A stretch of 64,000 nt of DNA, taken from contig JAXGYC010000007.1 in assembly GCA_040772485.1 (NCBI GenBank), forward strand, positions 32,001 to 96,000, read 5' to 3'. The position numbers were made by a program, and so were the translations under genes. The notes under the pieces were generated by a model that was not told where the DNA came from, did no database searches, and saw only the letters and a program-made list of their open reading frames with translations. Of the stretch, positions 19,444 to 28,966 are shown one piece after another (within the stretch, counting starts at the first letter, position 1; the number at the start of each line of letters is the position of its first letter). The DNA is from Sedimentisphaerales bacterium. Lineage in GTDB: Bacteria > Planctomycetota > Phycisphaerae > Sedimentisphaerales > Anaerobacaceae.

Positions 19444-20910
19444 CTACAGCGCGGCCCCTTTCTTCGTGAAGTTCTTGTACTGAAAGAGCATGGTGAACTT
19501 GATCTTCTTGGTCTTGCTGTCCGTCGAGGTGCTCGTGATGTCCACGTCGCTGATACTCTTGCATCCGAGCAGGTTCGCCTGGAATTTCCACATCTGTTCG
19601 GCGTTGTCGGCCTGCCCGGTGATCGTGACGGCCTGACCCTTCTTGAAGTGGAAGCTCTCGAGGATCACGCCGTCGCTGGACCCCGTATGGAGGTCCGTGA
19701 GCAGGCCGAGCAGATCGGGACGATGCTGGGCAACGCTCTTCAGGAGGGTCTGACGCTCACTGGCTTGCTTGAACTCCGGCCGGCCCACCAGCGCCGTCAA
19801 CCGCTTCTCGCTGGCGACATCGACCGCGTAGGATACGGCTATGGCGACCGCCAGGACGATGAGGGCGACAACAGCCGCCAGGGTCGTCGAGTACCACGCG
19901 GACCTGGCCTTCTGCTCCCGCTCGGCCTTGCGAACGGGCGCGTAGAGATCCAGACCCGTCGCCGGCCCGTCCAGCGCCATCAGGCCCAGCCCCAGAGGCT
20001 CGCGGTACGCATACAGGTCCACCGGAGTCAGCCCCAGGGCCATCCCCAGCGTCTGCAGTCGCGGCGTGCTGGTCTTGACCGGCACGCCGGCGGCGCCGAG
20101 GGCCTCGACAATGCGGCCGATTTCCTCGCTGCCGTCGGACAGGGCGAGCACGGGCCAGGGCGCCGACTCGATCCACCCGAACGAGATCAGTACGGTGTGC
20201 AGGTCCTGCGCGAAGCGTTCGATGACCTCAACCGGATGGGAAAGCGGCTCGTTGGCGGCGCCGGCCGCAGATAGATCGGCCAGGCCGGTGTCCAGCACGG
20301 CGCTGTTGGCGACCGTTCCGTCGACGGCCAGACAGACCTGTGTGTGCTGGACGCCGATGCTGACGATGACGGCCTGTCGCTGGCGCTCTCCGAACAGCTC
20401 GTGCCAGGTTCGGGCCGTTCCTTCACATGCCGGAACGATGGTTTCTGGCGCGAACGAACGCACCTCGCCGACGAATTGATGCAGGAAATCGCGCCGGGCC
20501 GCCGCAATCGTGACGTCGGCCGTCCCGTTGGTCGAGGGCATCGTCCGCCAGGCGACCTCAATCTGAGAAGCCGGCAAAGGCAGCAGCGATTCCGCCTGCA
20601 TCCGGACGATGGCCGCGGTCTCTTCGCGTCCCACGCTCGGCGCCGCGATGCGATAGAAAGCCACCGCTGTGGCGTCGAGGCCGATGACCGAGATCGCGCC
20701 GCCGGGCAGTTCTCTCCGCTGCGCCTTCGATCCTGTCTCCAGGCCGCAGCGAGCGGCGAACGTCTCCCAGCTTCCCTCCACGACCGGCATGGATTTGGCC
20801 CACAAGACCTCCACGCCGTCGTTGCGTTTGCGCAGAGCGACCGCCTTGAATGCGGTCGCGTCTCTCACCGCCGCGATCACCGAATGAGGTGTCTTCACGC
20901 TCCTGCTCAT
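19444..20910 (-). CDS. GspL-like (PilM-PilN type) protein
   Basis: Actin-like N-domain, TM, PilN-like VILESF..VTITGQA; ATG at 20910 abuts the gspK stop. Confidence 0.7.
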   Translation of the reverse strand: MSRSVKTPHSVIAAVRDATAFKAVALRKRNDGVEVLWAKSMPVVEGSWETFAARCGLETGSKAQRRELPGGAISVIGLDATAVAFYRIAAPSVGREETAAIVRMQAESLLPLPASQIEVAWRTMPSTNGTADVTIAAARRDFLHQFVGEVRSFAPETIVPACEGTARTWHELFGERQRQAVIVSIGVQHTQVCLAVDGTVANSAVLDTGLADLSAAGAANEPLSHPVEVIERFAQDLHTVLISFGWIESAPWPVLALSDGSEEIGRIVEALGAAGVPVKTSTPRLQTLGMALGLTPVDLYAYREPLGLGLMALDGPATGLDLYAPVRKAEREQKARSAWYSTTLAAVVALIVLAVAIAVSYAVDVASEKRLTALVGRPEFKQASERQTLLKSVAQHRPDLLGLLTDLHTGSSDGVILESFHFKKGQAVTITGQADNAEQMWKFQANLLGCKSISDVDITSTSTDSKTKKIKFTMLFQYKNFTKKGAAL

Positions 20911-22202
20911 CAATAGTTGGCTCCCTGGTACCAGTAAAGGACCTTGCACGGCGTCTCGCTGCGGTCCAGCACGCACTCGCTCTGCATCATGGCGCCGCTG
21001 ATATCGGCGGTGGCGTAGCAGCGCACGGTGAACACGTTCGAGCGCACGGTCAAGAGCCCCGCGATGCTCTTGAATTTCTCGATGCTCATCCCCTGGACCT
21101 TGAGCAGATCGGCGATGCTCTGGAATCCATACAGACGTCCCGACCGCTCGGCGACGATGCTCTCGGCCAGCGGCTCGGCCTGGTCGCCGCCGCCCAGCAG
21201 AGCGACGAGGACCTCTTTCGGAGCGGTGTTGACGTTGACCGTGCCCTGCAAGGTCGTCTCGCCGGAAGTGGTGATCTTGTCGGCGATGCTGCTGAAGGTC
21301 TGGAGATCGATGGGGTCGGCGCGGTTTTCGTCGCCGCCGGACTCTTTCGACGGCTCCTTCGGGCTGTTATCGGCGATCAGGCCGGCGATGTTCTGATAGC
21401 CGCTGCCGCGATTCTGCACGATCCAGCGCGCCTGAGGGGCGGTCAGTCCAAGCTGGTTCTGCAACTGGCCTTCGTCCGCCTGGTTGATGTTGACCCGGTT
21501 CTGGCCTTCGGCATCGACGTTCTTCTCATACGAGTAGCAGGTCAGGTAGGCGATCCAACCCTCGTCGAGGTACCCGTCGCCATTGTCCATCGGCGGGCTC
21601 AGCTCGCCGTCGGCCTCGGTGTAGTCAAGCTGCCCGTTGAGGTTGAGGTCCTCGCCGTACAGCAGATCCTTGGTCACGCCTCTGGCCTGCAGCAGCTCGC
21701 GAATCGTCTTGACCGGCCCGTTGCGAATCTTGTACGGAAACGGCAGATTCTGATAGTAGCCGCCTTCGGCGCCGTCCGACCGCGGGTTTTCGTCGTCGTC
21801 CCGCCAGTCGAGGATCGCGTCGGCAACCTGCGTTTCCATGTACGGCAGCGCCATCAACTGCTCTCTCGTGATCGTGTTGACGTTGAGTTTGCCCGCCTCG
21901 TCGGTGACATAGACGCTGTAAATGCACCGCTCCAGCGGGACATCGTTGTAGTCTTCGTCGTTGTCGCACCACAGATCGAGCAGACAGTCCGTCGCTCGAA
22001 GGTCCTCGTTGAGCAGGCCGATGGCGGTCTCCGTCCCGGCGCGGCAGGCCCACTTGCAGCGCACCTCGTCCACCACGGCGGTCGCCATCTTCATGTCCAG
22101 CCGGCTGGTCTGGCTGACGATGGCGATCAGCGCCGTCATCAGGATGACGATCCAAAGCACGATCACCAAAGCCAGTCCCTTGTTGTTTCGATTCAAACGC
22201 AT
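20910..22202 (-). CDS. gspK: Minor pseudopilin GspK
   Basis: KGLALVIVLW, DEAGKLNVN, ADAILDWRD.D, VNVNTAP. Confidence 0.9.
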   Translation of the reverse strand: MRLNRNNKGLALVIVLWIVILMTALIAIVSQTSRLDMKMATAVVDEVRCKWACRAGTETAIGLLNEDLRATDCLLDLWCDNDEDYNDVPLERCIYSVYVTDEAGKLNVNTITREQLMALPYMETQVADAILDWRDDDENPRSDGAEGGYYQNLPFPYKIRNGPVKTIRELLQARGVTKDLLYGEDLNLNGQLDYTEADGELSPPMDNGDGYLDEGWIAYLTCYSYEKNVDAEGQNRVNINQADEGQLQNQLGLTAPQARWIVQNRGSGYQNIAGLIADNSPKEPSKESGGDENRADPIDLQTFSSIADKITTSGETTLQGTVNVNTAPKEVLVALLGGGDQAEPLAESIVAERSGRLYGFQSIADLLKVQGMSIEKFKSIAGLLTVRSNVFTVRCYATADISGAMMQSECVLDRSETPCKVLYWYQGANY

Positions 22203-22222
22203 CTATGAATCCACCTGCTTGC

Positions 22223-22975
22223 TCATCGCGGTGCCGCTGTCGGGCCTTCGCCCTGTGGCGGCTGGTTCTGCCCGCCCGGCCGGCCGTTCTCGGCCGCCGA
22301 CGCCGCATCCGTCGCCGTCGCCAGCCTGGGGAAGTTCACCAGAAAGGTCTCGATGAGCGGATTGCCCTGCCCCTGCGGCGGCAGCATCACCAGAGTGACC
22401 TCGATCAACTGAGGCAATGACCTCATCTCCTCGGGCCAGTCGGTTGTCCATTGCCGGCCGTCAAAGAAACGGATCTGAAACACATCGATATTCTGCGCCA
22501 GCGAGACGAGAATCCCGCCGGGCGGCCGATCCTCGTCCGGATTCGGCCACAAACGCCGGTACAAGGTCGATGAGCCGAGCTGATCCTGCGAAGCGGCCTC
22601 GATGCCGGCGCCTCTGCCCAGGAAGTACTCGACCTCATACACGTCGCCCTCCGGCTGACCGTGCCGGGCATTCGTCCGGCCGGTCGCGTAAAACCGCAAA
22701 AACGCCATGGCGCTGTCGGCGCTCTGCGAGGTGCCCACCAGCCGCATGGCCCGCACCTCCTGGTCGCGATAGACATTGGCCAGGTCGCGAGCCAGCATCC
22801 GGGCGGCAAATCGCACCTCCGTCACCGTCTCGCTGTGGCGCGTCACCGTCTGAGCGCTGTCCGAGACCGTCTTCAGCGCGCCCACCGCCACCACCGCGAT
22901 GAACGTGGTGATCGTCGAGGCGACCAGAATCTCCGCCAGTGTGAACCCTTTGTTTCGAACCGTTGCCACTGTCAC
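22223..22975 (-). CDS. gspJ: Minor pseudopilin GspJ
   Basis: KGFTLAEILV prepilin motif; FFDG..W..W...LPQLIEVTL. Confidence 0.85.
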   Translation of the reverse strand: MTVATVRNKGFTLAEILVASTITTFIAVVAVGALKTVSDSAQTVTRHSETVTEVRFAARMLARDLANVYRDQEVRAMRLVGTSQSADSAMAFLRFYATGRTNARHGQPEGDVYEVEYFLGRGAGIEAASQDQLGSSTLYRRLWPNPDEDRPPGGILVSLAQNIDVFQIRFFDGRQWTTDWPEEMRSLPQLIEVTLVMLPPQGQGNPLIETFLVNFPRLATATDAASAAENGRPGGQNQPPQGEGPTAAPR

Positions 22976-23391
22976 CGCTCCTGCACCGCCGAGGCCGCTG
23001 CCGTGCTGGCGCCGTTGAGCATCGTCTGCGCGACGAGCTGACGCGGGCGATTCCGTTCCAGCCAGCGTACGGTGATGGTCACCAGATACAGATTGTCGAT
23101 CCCCTGGTATTGCGTGCTCACCGCCCAGCTATACCCCGGTTCCAATTCTTCAATCACGCCTTCGCTCTGTCCCAGTTCGATGAACTGATCGATCCCCACC
23201 GAGTCGATCAGCGTCAATTGCTTGTCGATCACCGAGGCGGCCACCTCATAGTGGCGGTTCAAACGCGTGTCCGTCAGAGCGCCCGAACTGATCGCGCCGA
23301 CCGCGAGCACGGCGCCGGACAGGATCACGCTGGCCACCATCGTCTCGACCAGATTGAACCCCGACCGAATTGGCTGCGCTGTTCGGGTCAC
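22972..23391 (-). CDS. gspI: Minor pseudopilin GspI
   Basis: SGFNLVETMV; GTG start in a GTGA overlap with the gspH stop. Confidence 0.75.
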   Translation of the reverse strand: MTRTAQPIRSGFNLVETMVASVILSGAVLAVGAISSGALTDTRLNRHYEVAASVIDKQLTLIDSVGIDQFIELGQSEGVIEELEPGYSWAVSTQYQGIDNLYLVTITVRWLERNRPRQLVAQTMLNGASTAAASAVQER

Positions 23392-23999
23392 GGTTCCTCC
23401 AAATCCACGACCGCCATGCTCATCGGGGCCGCTTCGCCCGCCTGCAGCGTGGCCTTGCCCGTCGCCGCCATGACGGCAATCGTATAATGGGTCTTGCCGT
23501 CGCCGATCTGAATCACCGCCGTTTCCGCCGAGCCGTTCGGCAGAAACACGATGCGCTGCTCGGCGTCGACGTCCGAGACCTGCTCGGCGGCCAACGTCAG
23601 GATTTTGACGTCCTCGAATCGGACGTCGCCGGTGAATTCCACCGGCTTGACGTAGTAATCCCTGACGGCCACCGACTCCCCGGCGGCCGTCTGCTGGTTC
23701 CACTGGGTCGTCGTCACGGCGAAGCCCTTGTTCTCTCCATCGAGACGCAGCTCGTACGGCCGGCCGTGCTCGATCGCCATGATCCGCGCATACTTGGCCG
23801 ACAGCAGGAACTGGCGGGCCGCCCGCTCGACGAGCAGCTTCTTGTACGTGCCCGCATACATCCCGCCGCCCAGACCGCCGACAACACTGATCACCGCGAT
23901 GACCAGCAGCAGTTCGGTGAGCGTAAAGGCCCCGCGTGCGCCGGTCTTTCGGACGGTGCGTCTGTCTGAGACCGTTGGATGTATCCTGTTGCGGCTCAT
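23388..23999 (-). CDS. gspH: Minor pseudopilin GspH/FimT
   Basis: GAFTLTELLLV; IVFLPNGSA. Confidence 0.8.
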   Translation of the reverse strand: MSRNRIHPTVSDRRTVRKTGARGAFTLTELLLVIAVISVVGGLGGGMYAGTYKKLLVERAARQFLLSAKYARIMAIEHGRPYELRLDGENKGFAVTTTQWNQQTAAGESVAVRDYYVKPVEFTGDVRFEDVKILTLAAEQVSDVDAEQRIVFLPNGSAETAVIQIGDGKTHYTIAVMAATGKATLQAGEAAPMSMAVVDLEEP

Positions 24000-24427
24000 A
24001 GGTTCGCGATGTCGGCGTTCTCGCCCTCGCCCCCCTCCTGGCCGTCGGCCCCGAGGCTGACCAGGTCGAAGCTGCCGGGGTTGTACTGGCCCTCAGAGAT
24101 ATAGATGTACATGTTGCCCCAGGGGTCGAGGAGCTGGCTCTGCTTGAGGTAGGGGCCGTTCCATTTCTCTTCCAGCTCCGGCGGCGCCACCAGGAGGGCT
24201 TCGAGCCCCCCTTCCGACTCGTCGGGAAACCGGCCGCAGTCGTACTGGAAGCGCGCCAGCGAGTCCTCGATGAGGGTCATCTTCGCGCGGGCGATCTCCG
24301 CCTTGGCCTTGCCGAGCCCTTTGAACATGCGCGGGGCCAGGAAAGCGGCCAGCATCGAGATGATCAGAACCACCACGAGCAGCTCCACCAGCGTGAACCC
24401 TCTTCGCCTTCGTCTTCTTTGCCTCAT
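23996..24427 (-). CDS. gspG: Major pseudopilin GspG
   Basis: RGFTLVELLVV, WNGPYL, DPWGN.Y.Y, SLGADG..GGEG..ADI; ATG at 24427. Confidence 0.95.
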   Translation of the reverse strand: MRQRRRRRRGFTLVELLVVVLIISMLAAFLAPRMFKGLGKAKAEIARAKMTLIEDSLARFQYDCGRFPDESEGGLEALLVAPPELEEKWNGPYLKQSQLLDPWGNMYIYISEGQYNPGSFDLVSLGADGQEGGEGENADIANL

Positions 24428-24501
24428 GCCGTTACCTCCTGTAGGGGCGAAACATCCTTCGCCCCTGTGCCACACCGAACCCGTTCCCAATTTGCGGCGG
24501 A

Positions 24502-25764
24502 CTATACCGCTCCGGCCCCAAGCGACATCATCACGATCGGCAGCAGGGCCGCCGCAATGATGAAGCCGATCACCAGCGCCAGAATCAGAATCAGCAACGC
24601 CGGGAAAATCGCCATGAAACGGCTGATGGCCGCGTCGGCATCCGTATCGAACGTCTCAGCCGCATTGAGCAGCAGCTCATCCAGCTTGCCCGTCTGCTCG
24701 CCGATCGCGACGATCTGCACCAGCAACGGGGGAAAACACCCCGACGCCTCCAGCGGCTCGGCCAGTGATTCGCCGCGCTTGACCTTCTCGGCGACCTCAT
24801 CGATCTGCCGAGCCAGTTGCTCGTTGCCCAGCGTGTCGCGGACGACCGCCAGCGCGTCGAGAATGGTGACGCCTCCCTGCGTCAAAGCGCCCAGCGTACG
24901 CGCGAAGCGTCCGACCGCAATGGTCCGCAGGACCGAGCCCAGCACCGGCAGCCGCAGCTTGAACGCGTCCCATTCGAGCCGACCAACCGTTTTGGTCCAT
25001 CGTCGCAAAGCGTACAGCGCGGCGATCGTAACGACGATCGCCAGCCACCCGCCCACGCTGGTGAACAGGACCCGCGAAAACGCGCTGACTCCCAGCAGAA
25101 CGCGGGTGGGCATGGGCATCGCCGCGGCGCCGGCGCTGACGTTTTCGAGGATCTTCGGCAGAATCCACGCGACGATCACCACCGCCGAGGCCAGGCCGAT
25201 GCTCAGGACGAACAGCGGATAGGCCGAGGCGTTCTTCATGTTCGTCTTGACCTTCTCCTCCCGCGCCAGGATGCCCGCCAACTGCGTGCTGGTCTGCTCG
25301 AGGATGCCGCCGGTCTCGCCCACGCGGATCATGGACAGGTACAGCGGACTGAACACGTTCGGGTGCTCGCCCATCGCCTCCGAGAGCGACTGGCCCGCGT
25401 TGACGGACTTGACGAGGTGGTCGAACAGGCGCTTCATCACACTCTTGCGCTGCTGTTTGTGGAGCAGCTCCAGGCAGTTCAGAAGGGGCAGTCCCGCCCG
25501 GATGGCTGTGCTCAGTTGCGTCGTCATGGCCAGAACGTCCTTGCTCGCAATCCGGCCGGCGCCCAGACGCGGGACCGCCAGCCAAGCCGATGCACCGCTC
25601 TCGTCGCCGGCCCCTTGGGCCCGATGGCTCCGCTCGATCAGCTCGGTGACGAACTGCCCGCGCTCGGCCAGCGCCGCGACGGCGCTGCGGCGATCCGCCG
25701 CCTCCACGGAGCCGGCAACGTGCGTCCCGCCCCGATCCACCGCCTTGTAGGAAAACAGCCCCAA
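24502..25764 (-). CDS. gspF: T2SS inner-membrane platform GspF/PilC
   Basis: AGLPL, GETGG.L, YP, GEQTGKLD. Confidence 0.93.
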   Translation of the reverse strand: MGLFSYKAVDRGGTHVAGSVEAADRRSAVAALAERGQFVTELIERSHRAQGAGDESGASAWLAVPRLGAGRIASKDVLAMTTQLSTAIRAGLPLLNCLELLHKQQRKSVMKRLFDHLVKSVNAGQSLSEAMGEHPNVFSPLYLSMIRVGETGGILEQTSTQLAGILAREEKVKTNMKNASAYPLFVLSIGLASAVVIVAWILPKILENVSAGAAAMPMPTRVLLGVSAFSRVLFTSVGGWLAIVVTIAALYALRRWTKTVGRLEWDAFKLRLPVLGSVLRTIAVGRFARTLGALTQGGVTILDALAVVRDTLGNEQLARQIDEVAEKVKRGESLAEPLEASGCFPPLLVQIVAIGEQTGKLDELLLNAAETFDTDADAAISRFMAIFPALLILILALVIGFIIAAALLPIVMMSLGAGAV

Positions 25765-25831
25765 AGCTCACTCCTGAAGCTATCGGCACGCCGGCGCGGC
25801 AGAGAAACCCGGCCGCGGCGGCCCGTGTTTC

Positions 25832-27553
25832 TCAGTCATCCTCGGTGATGCTCTTGGCGACGCGGAAGACCTCCTCCGGCGTGGTCAAGCCCTGCATCAC
25901 CTTGCCGATCCCATCGTGGACCATGCTGATGTGGTCGGCGGGGGCCTCGCGGGCAATCTGTTCCGTGGTCGGCCGGGTCGCGATCAGCTCTCGCAGCCGG
26001 TTGGTGATCCGCAGCAGCTCAAAAATGCCGATTCGTCCGCTCATCCCGGTCTGACTGCACTCTTCGCAGCCGGCGCCATGGTAGAACTGCACCGGCGGCT
26101 CGGCCTGCGCCGAAATGCCAAGGTTCTTCAGGAGGTTCTCGTCGGGGTGATAGGGCTCTTTGCACTTCGGGCAGACCTCACGCACCAGACGCTGGGCAAG
26201 GATGCCTTCCAGCGAGCTGGCCAGCAGGAACGGCTCGACTCCCATGTCGATCAGCCGCGTCACCGCGCCGGGCGCATCGTTGGTGTGCAGCGTCGAGAAC
26301 ACCAGGTGCCCCGTCAGGGCCGCCCGGATCGCGATGTCCGCCGTTTCCCGGTCGCGGATTTCGCCCACCATGATGATATCCGGATCGTGCCGAAGGATGT
26401 GCCGCAGGCCCGTGGCGAAGGTCAGCCCTCGCTTGACGTTGACGGGCATCTGGTTGATCCCGTCCAACTGATACTCGACCGGGTCCTCGATGGTGATCAT
26501 CTTGACGCCCGGCGAGTAGATCTTGTTCAGGGCCGCATAGAGCGTCGTCGTCTTGCCCGACCCCGTCGGCCCGGTCACCAGAACGATTCCATGGGTCTTC
26601 TTCAGGCACTTGGCAAACCCGTTGAGAGTCTGGGGGTTCATACCCAGGTCACACAGATCGATCAGCGATGCGGTCCGGTCCAGCAGACGCAATTCGACCG
26701 CTTCGCCGAACACCGTCGGCACGGTCGAGACGCGGATGTCGATCTTGCCGGTGTTGCCCATGAACTCGATATGTCCATCCTGAGGGATGAACCGCTCGGC
26801 GATGTTCATATCGCCCATGATCTTGATGCGCGAGACGATGGCCGCGTGAAGCCGCTTGGAGGACGGCGTCTTCTCCACAAGGATGCCGTCGATACGGTAT
26901 TTGATCTTGACCTCGTGCTCGAACGGCTCGATGTGAATGTCGCTGGCCCGGGCCTCGATGGCCTCGAGAATGATCAGATTGACCAGGTTGACCAGAGACG
27001 GCTCGCGCGCCAGTTCATGGAGCTTGGCTGGAGAGAAGTCGCCGCTGCCGCCCTCTTGTTCGCTTCGATGCTCCGCCGGCGCCAGATCGTCGAGCATCCT
27101 GGCGACATTGCTGCCGTAGAACCTCAGCACGGCGTGCTCGAGCTGAACCGGTTCGGCGTAGTACCGCTGCACCAGGCAGCCCGTGACCAGGCGAAGGTCC
27201 TCCATCGCCTGGGGCTGAAACGGGTCCACCATGGCCACCGCCAGGCGGCCGTTCTGTCGCCACAAGGGGAGAATATTGTACTTGCTGACCAGCTCGGCCG
27301 GCACCAGACTGATGACCTCGCTGCCGATCGAGACCTCCGACAGATCGATCTTCTCGATGCCCACCTGGACCGCCAGCGCCTCGTTGAGCTGGGCCTGTGT
27401 GATGTAGCCCAATTCGAGAAGGATCTGGCCGAGGCGGCGGTGCGTGACCTTCTGTTCGGCCAGAGCCACTCCCAGGCCGGCCTCATCAAGGTACGCCTTC
27501 TCGCACAGCAGTTCGCCGATCCGCTTTCTTTTGACCCTGTTGCCTGAATCCAT
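25832..27553 (-). CDS. gspE: T2SS ATPase GspE/PilB
   Basis: RIGELL/RLGQIL N-terminal motifs (MshEN-like), [21 protein letters not shown], CxxC...CxxC. Confidence 0.95.
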   Translation of the reverse strand: MDSGNRVKRKRIGELLCEKAYLDEAGLGVALAEQKVTHRRLGQILLELGYITQAQLNEALAVQVGIEKIDLSEVSIGSEVISLVPAELVSKYNILPLWRQNGRLAVAMVDPFQPQAMEDLRLVTGCLVQRYYAEPVQLEHAVLRFYGSNVARMLDDLAPAEHRSEQEGGSGDFSPAKLHELAREPSLVNLVNLIILEAIEARASDIHIEPFEHEVKIKYRIDGILVEKTPSSKRLHAAIVSRIKIMGDMNIAERFIPQDGHIEFMGNTGKIDIRVSTVPTVFGEAVELRLLDRTASLIDLCDLGMNPQTLNGFAKCLKKTHGIVLVTGPTGSGKTTTLYAALNKIYSPGVKMITIEDPVEYQLDGINQMPVNVKRGLTFATGLRHILRHDPDIIMVGEIRDRETADIAIRAALTGHLVFSTLHTNDAPGAVTRLIDMGVEPFLLASSLEGILAQRLVREVCPKCKEPYHPDENLLKNLGISAQAEPPVQFYHGAGCEECSQTGMSGRIGIFELLRITNRLRELIATRPTTEQIAREAPADHISMVHDGIGKVMQGLTTPEEVFRVAKSITEDD

Positions 27554-27848
27554 CCGTATCTCACGACCCTGTTCTGACTGTGGAAACTCCCCGGTAGAGA
27601 GCTTAATCCCAATCACGGCTCACGTCAAGGGTGTGACCGCCATACCCCTGATGCCCCGTCGGCCTGGCCCCTCGCCTGATCCGGCGAGCGTCACGCGCAC
27701 GGTCCACGTGCCCCCCGCCCTGCTCACCTCTATCAGACGTACGCGGCCCGCTTTTTGTTACAGAAAAATGGCTTTTCAGGAGTTTCTTCGGGGTCGTCCG
27801 GGCCGGCCCCCCTGAGGCCGGATTGTCCGGGCGGATGAAAAAAATGAT

Positions 27849-27877
27849 TTGACAGTCGCCCGATCACCCATAACAAT
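27849..27877 (+). promoter_or_regulatory. Sigma70-like promoter
   Basis: TTGACA-17 bp-AACAAT with an A-tract upstream. Confidence 0.5.
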
Positions 27878-28306
27878 CCAGCACAAAGCAGGTGTCGCCC
27901 AGGCGACGCCGGCGGATTTCTCCAGGAATCCGCGGGGCCTCTACGTCTGAGGACCGCGCGGTTTGTACCCGGAACGCTCGTTTGGCTTGTCATCATATGT
28001 TTATTGTGTCCATGAAGAGCTGACGTGGTGGAAGGACGCCGATGGCCGCCGAGGATTGCGGCGGGTCGGCGGACTGTGAACGTACGGGTATTTCGCTGGA
28101 GGACGAGCAAGGATGCTGACATCCAGGCAAAGGGCAGGCGGCGGCCGATCGCATGTCTGCCCGTCTTGGGGGCTGGTCCGGACAATTGCCTTGACCGTGA
28201 TTTCCCGCGACCGCGCAGGGGGGAAAATCATGCTGCCGGGGAGCGAAGGCAAGGTCGCCTTCGACTGTCGCAAGCTCCTTGCCCACATCCACAAGGAGGT
28301 AGCCCT

Positions 28307-28789
28307 ATGAGGCTGGAGAAAAGAAGACCATCGGGGCGGGAGAAAGATGAAGAGGCGCTGAAGCTTCTGGCCAAGCTGCGGGAGCAGTTGTACAGCTCGA
28401 ACATCTCGATCGTCCGCCAGAGCGCGTTCAACCTGTCCTGGATGCAGGAGGATGGGCTGGACATCCTGACGGAGGCCCTGTTCGGCAGTTCTCCGCGACG
28501 GACGAAAGGAGCGGCCGCCTACGGTCTGCGGAAGATGCGTGGCCGCATGCGCAAGCAGGCCGAGGAGACGCTGATTGAAGGACTCAAGCACCCCGACAGC
28601 AAGACCGCCGAGATCTGCGGCAACGCCCTGATCGTGCTCAAACGGGGCAAACGCACCGGCAAGCCGGGACGTCCCGCCAAGGCCCGAAACCCGAAATTCC
28701 AGATACGCGAAATCCCGAATAAGGGCCGGCAGAAGCGAGCCGGCTCGCCGGCCAGAAGACCGGACGACCGCCCTTCTCGGCGGCGATGA
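28307..28789 (+). CDS. Small HEAT-repeat-like protein with Arg/Lys-rich tail
   Basis: AAGGAGGT RBS; VRQSAFNL, KGAAAYGL, LIEGLKHPD helical repeats. Confidence 0.7.
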   Translation: MRLEKRRPSGREKDEEALKLLAKLREQLYSSNISIVRQSAFNLSWMQEDGLDILTEALFGSSPRRTKGAAAYGLRKMRGRMRKQAEETLIEGLKHPDSKTAEICGNALIVLKRGKRTGKPGRPAKARNPKFQIREIPNKGRQKRAGSPARRPDDRPSRRR

Positions 28790-28931
28790 GGGCCTGGCTC
28801 GCGGCCGAACGTCGGGCTTCGCGGCCATGGCGTCCCCACTCTATCCCCTGTTCCCGCTTCGATTGGCGACAGGGTCCATCCGCATCGCCTCGGCGACGAA
28901 ATCAAAGGTGCGATTTTTGCCCGGTTTTCGC

Positions 28932-28960
28932 TTGACAAATGGGCGGACCGATGGTATAGA
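28932..28960 (+). promoter_or_regulatory. Near-consensus sigma70 promoter
   Basis: TTGACA (28932-37), 17 bp, TATAGA (28955-60). Confidence 0.75.
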
Positions 28961-28966
28961 CACGCG

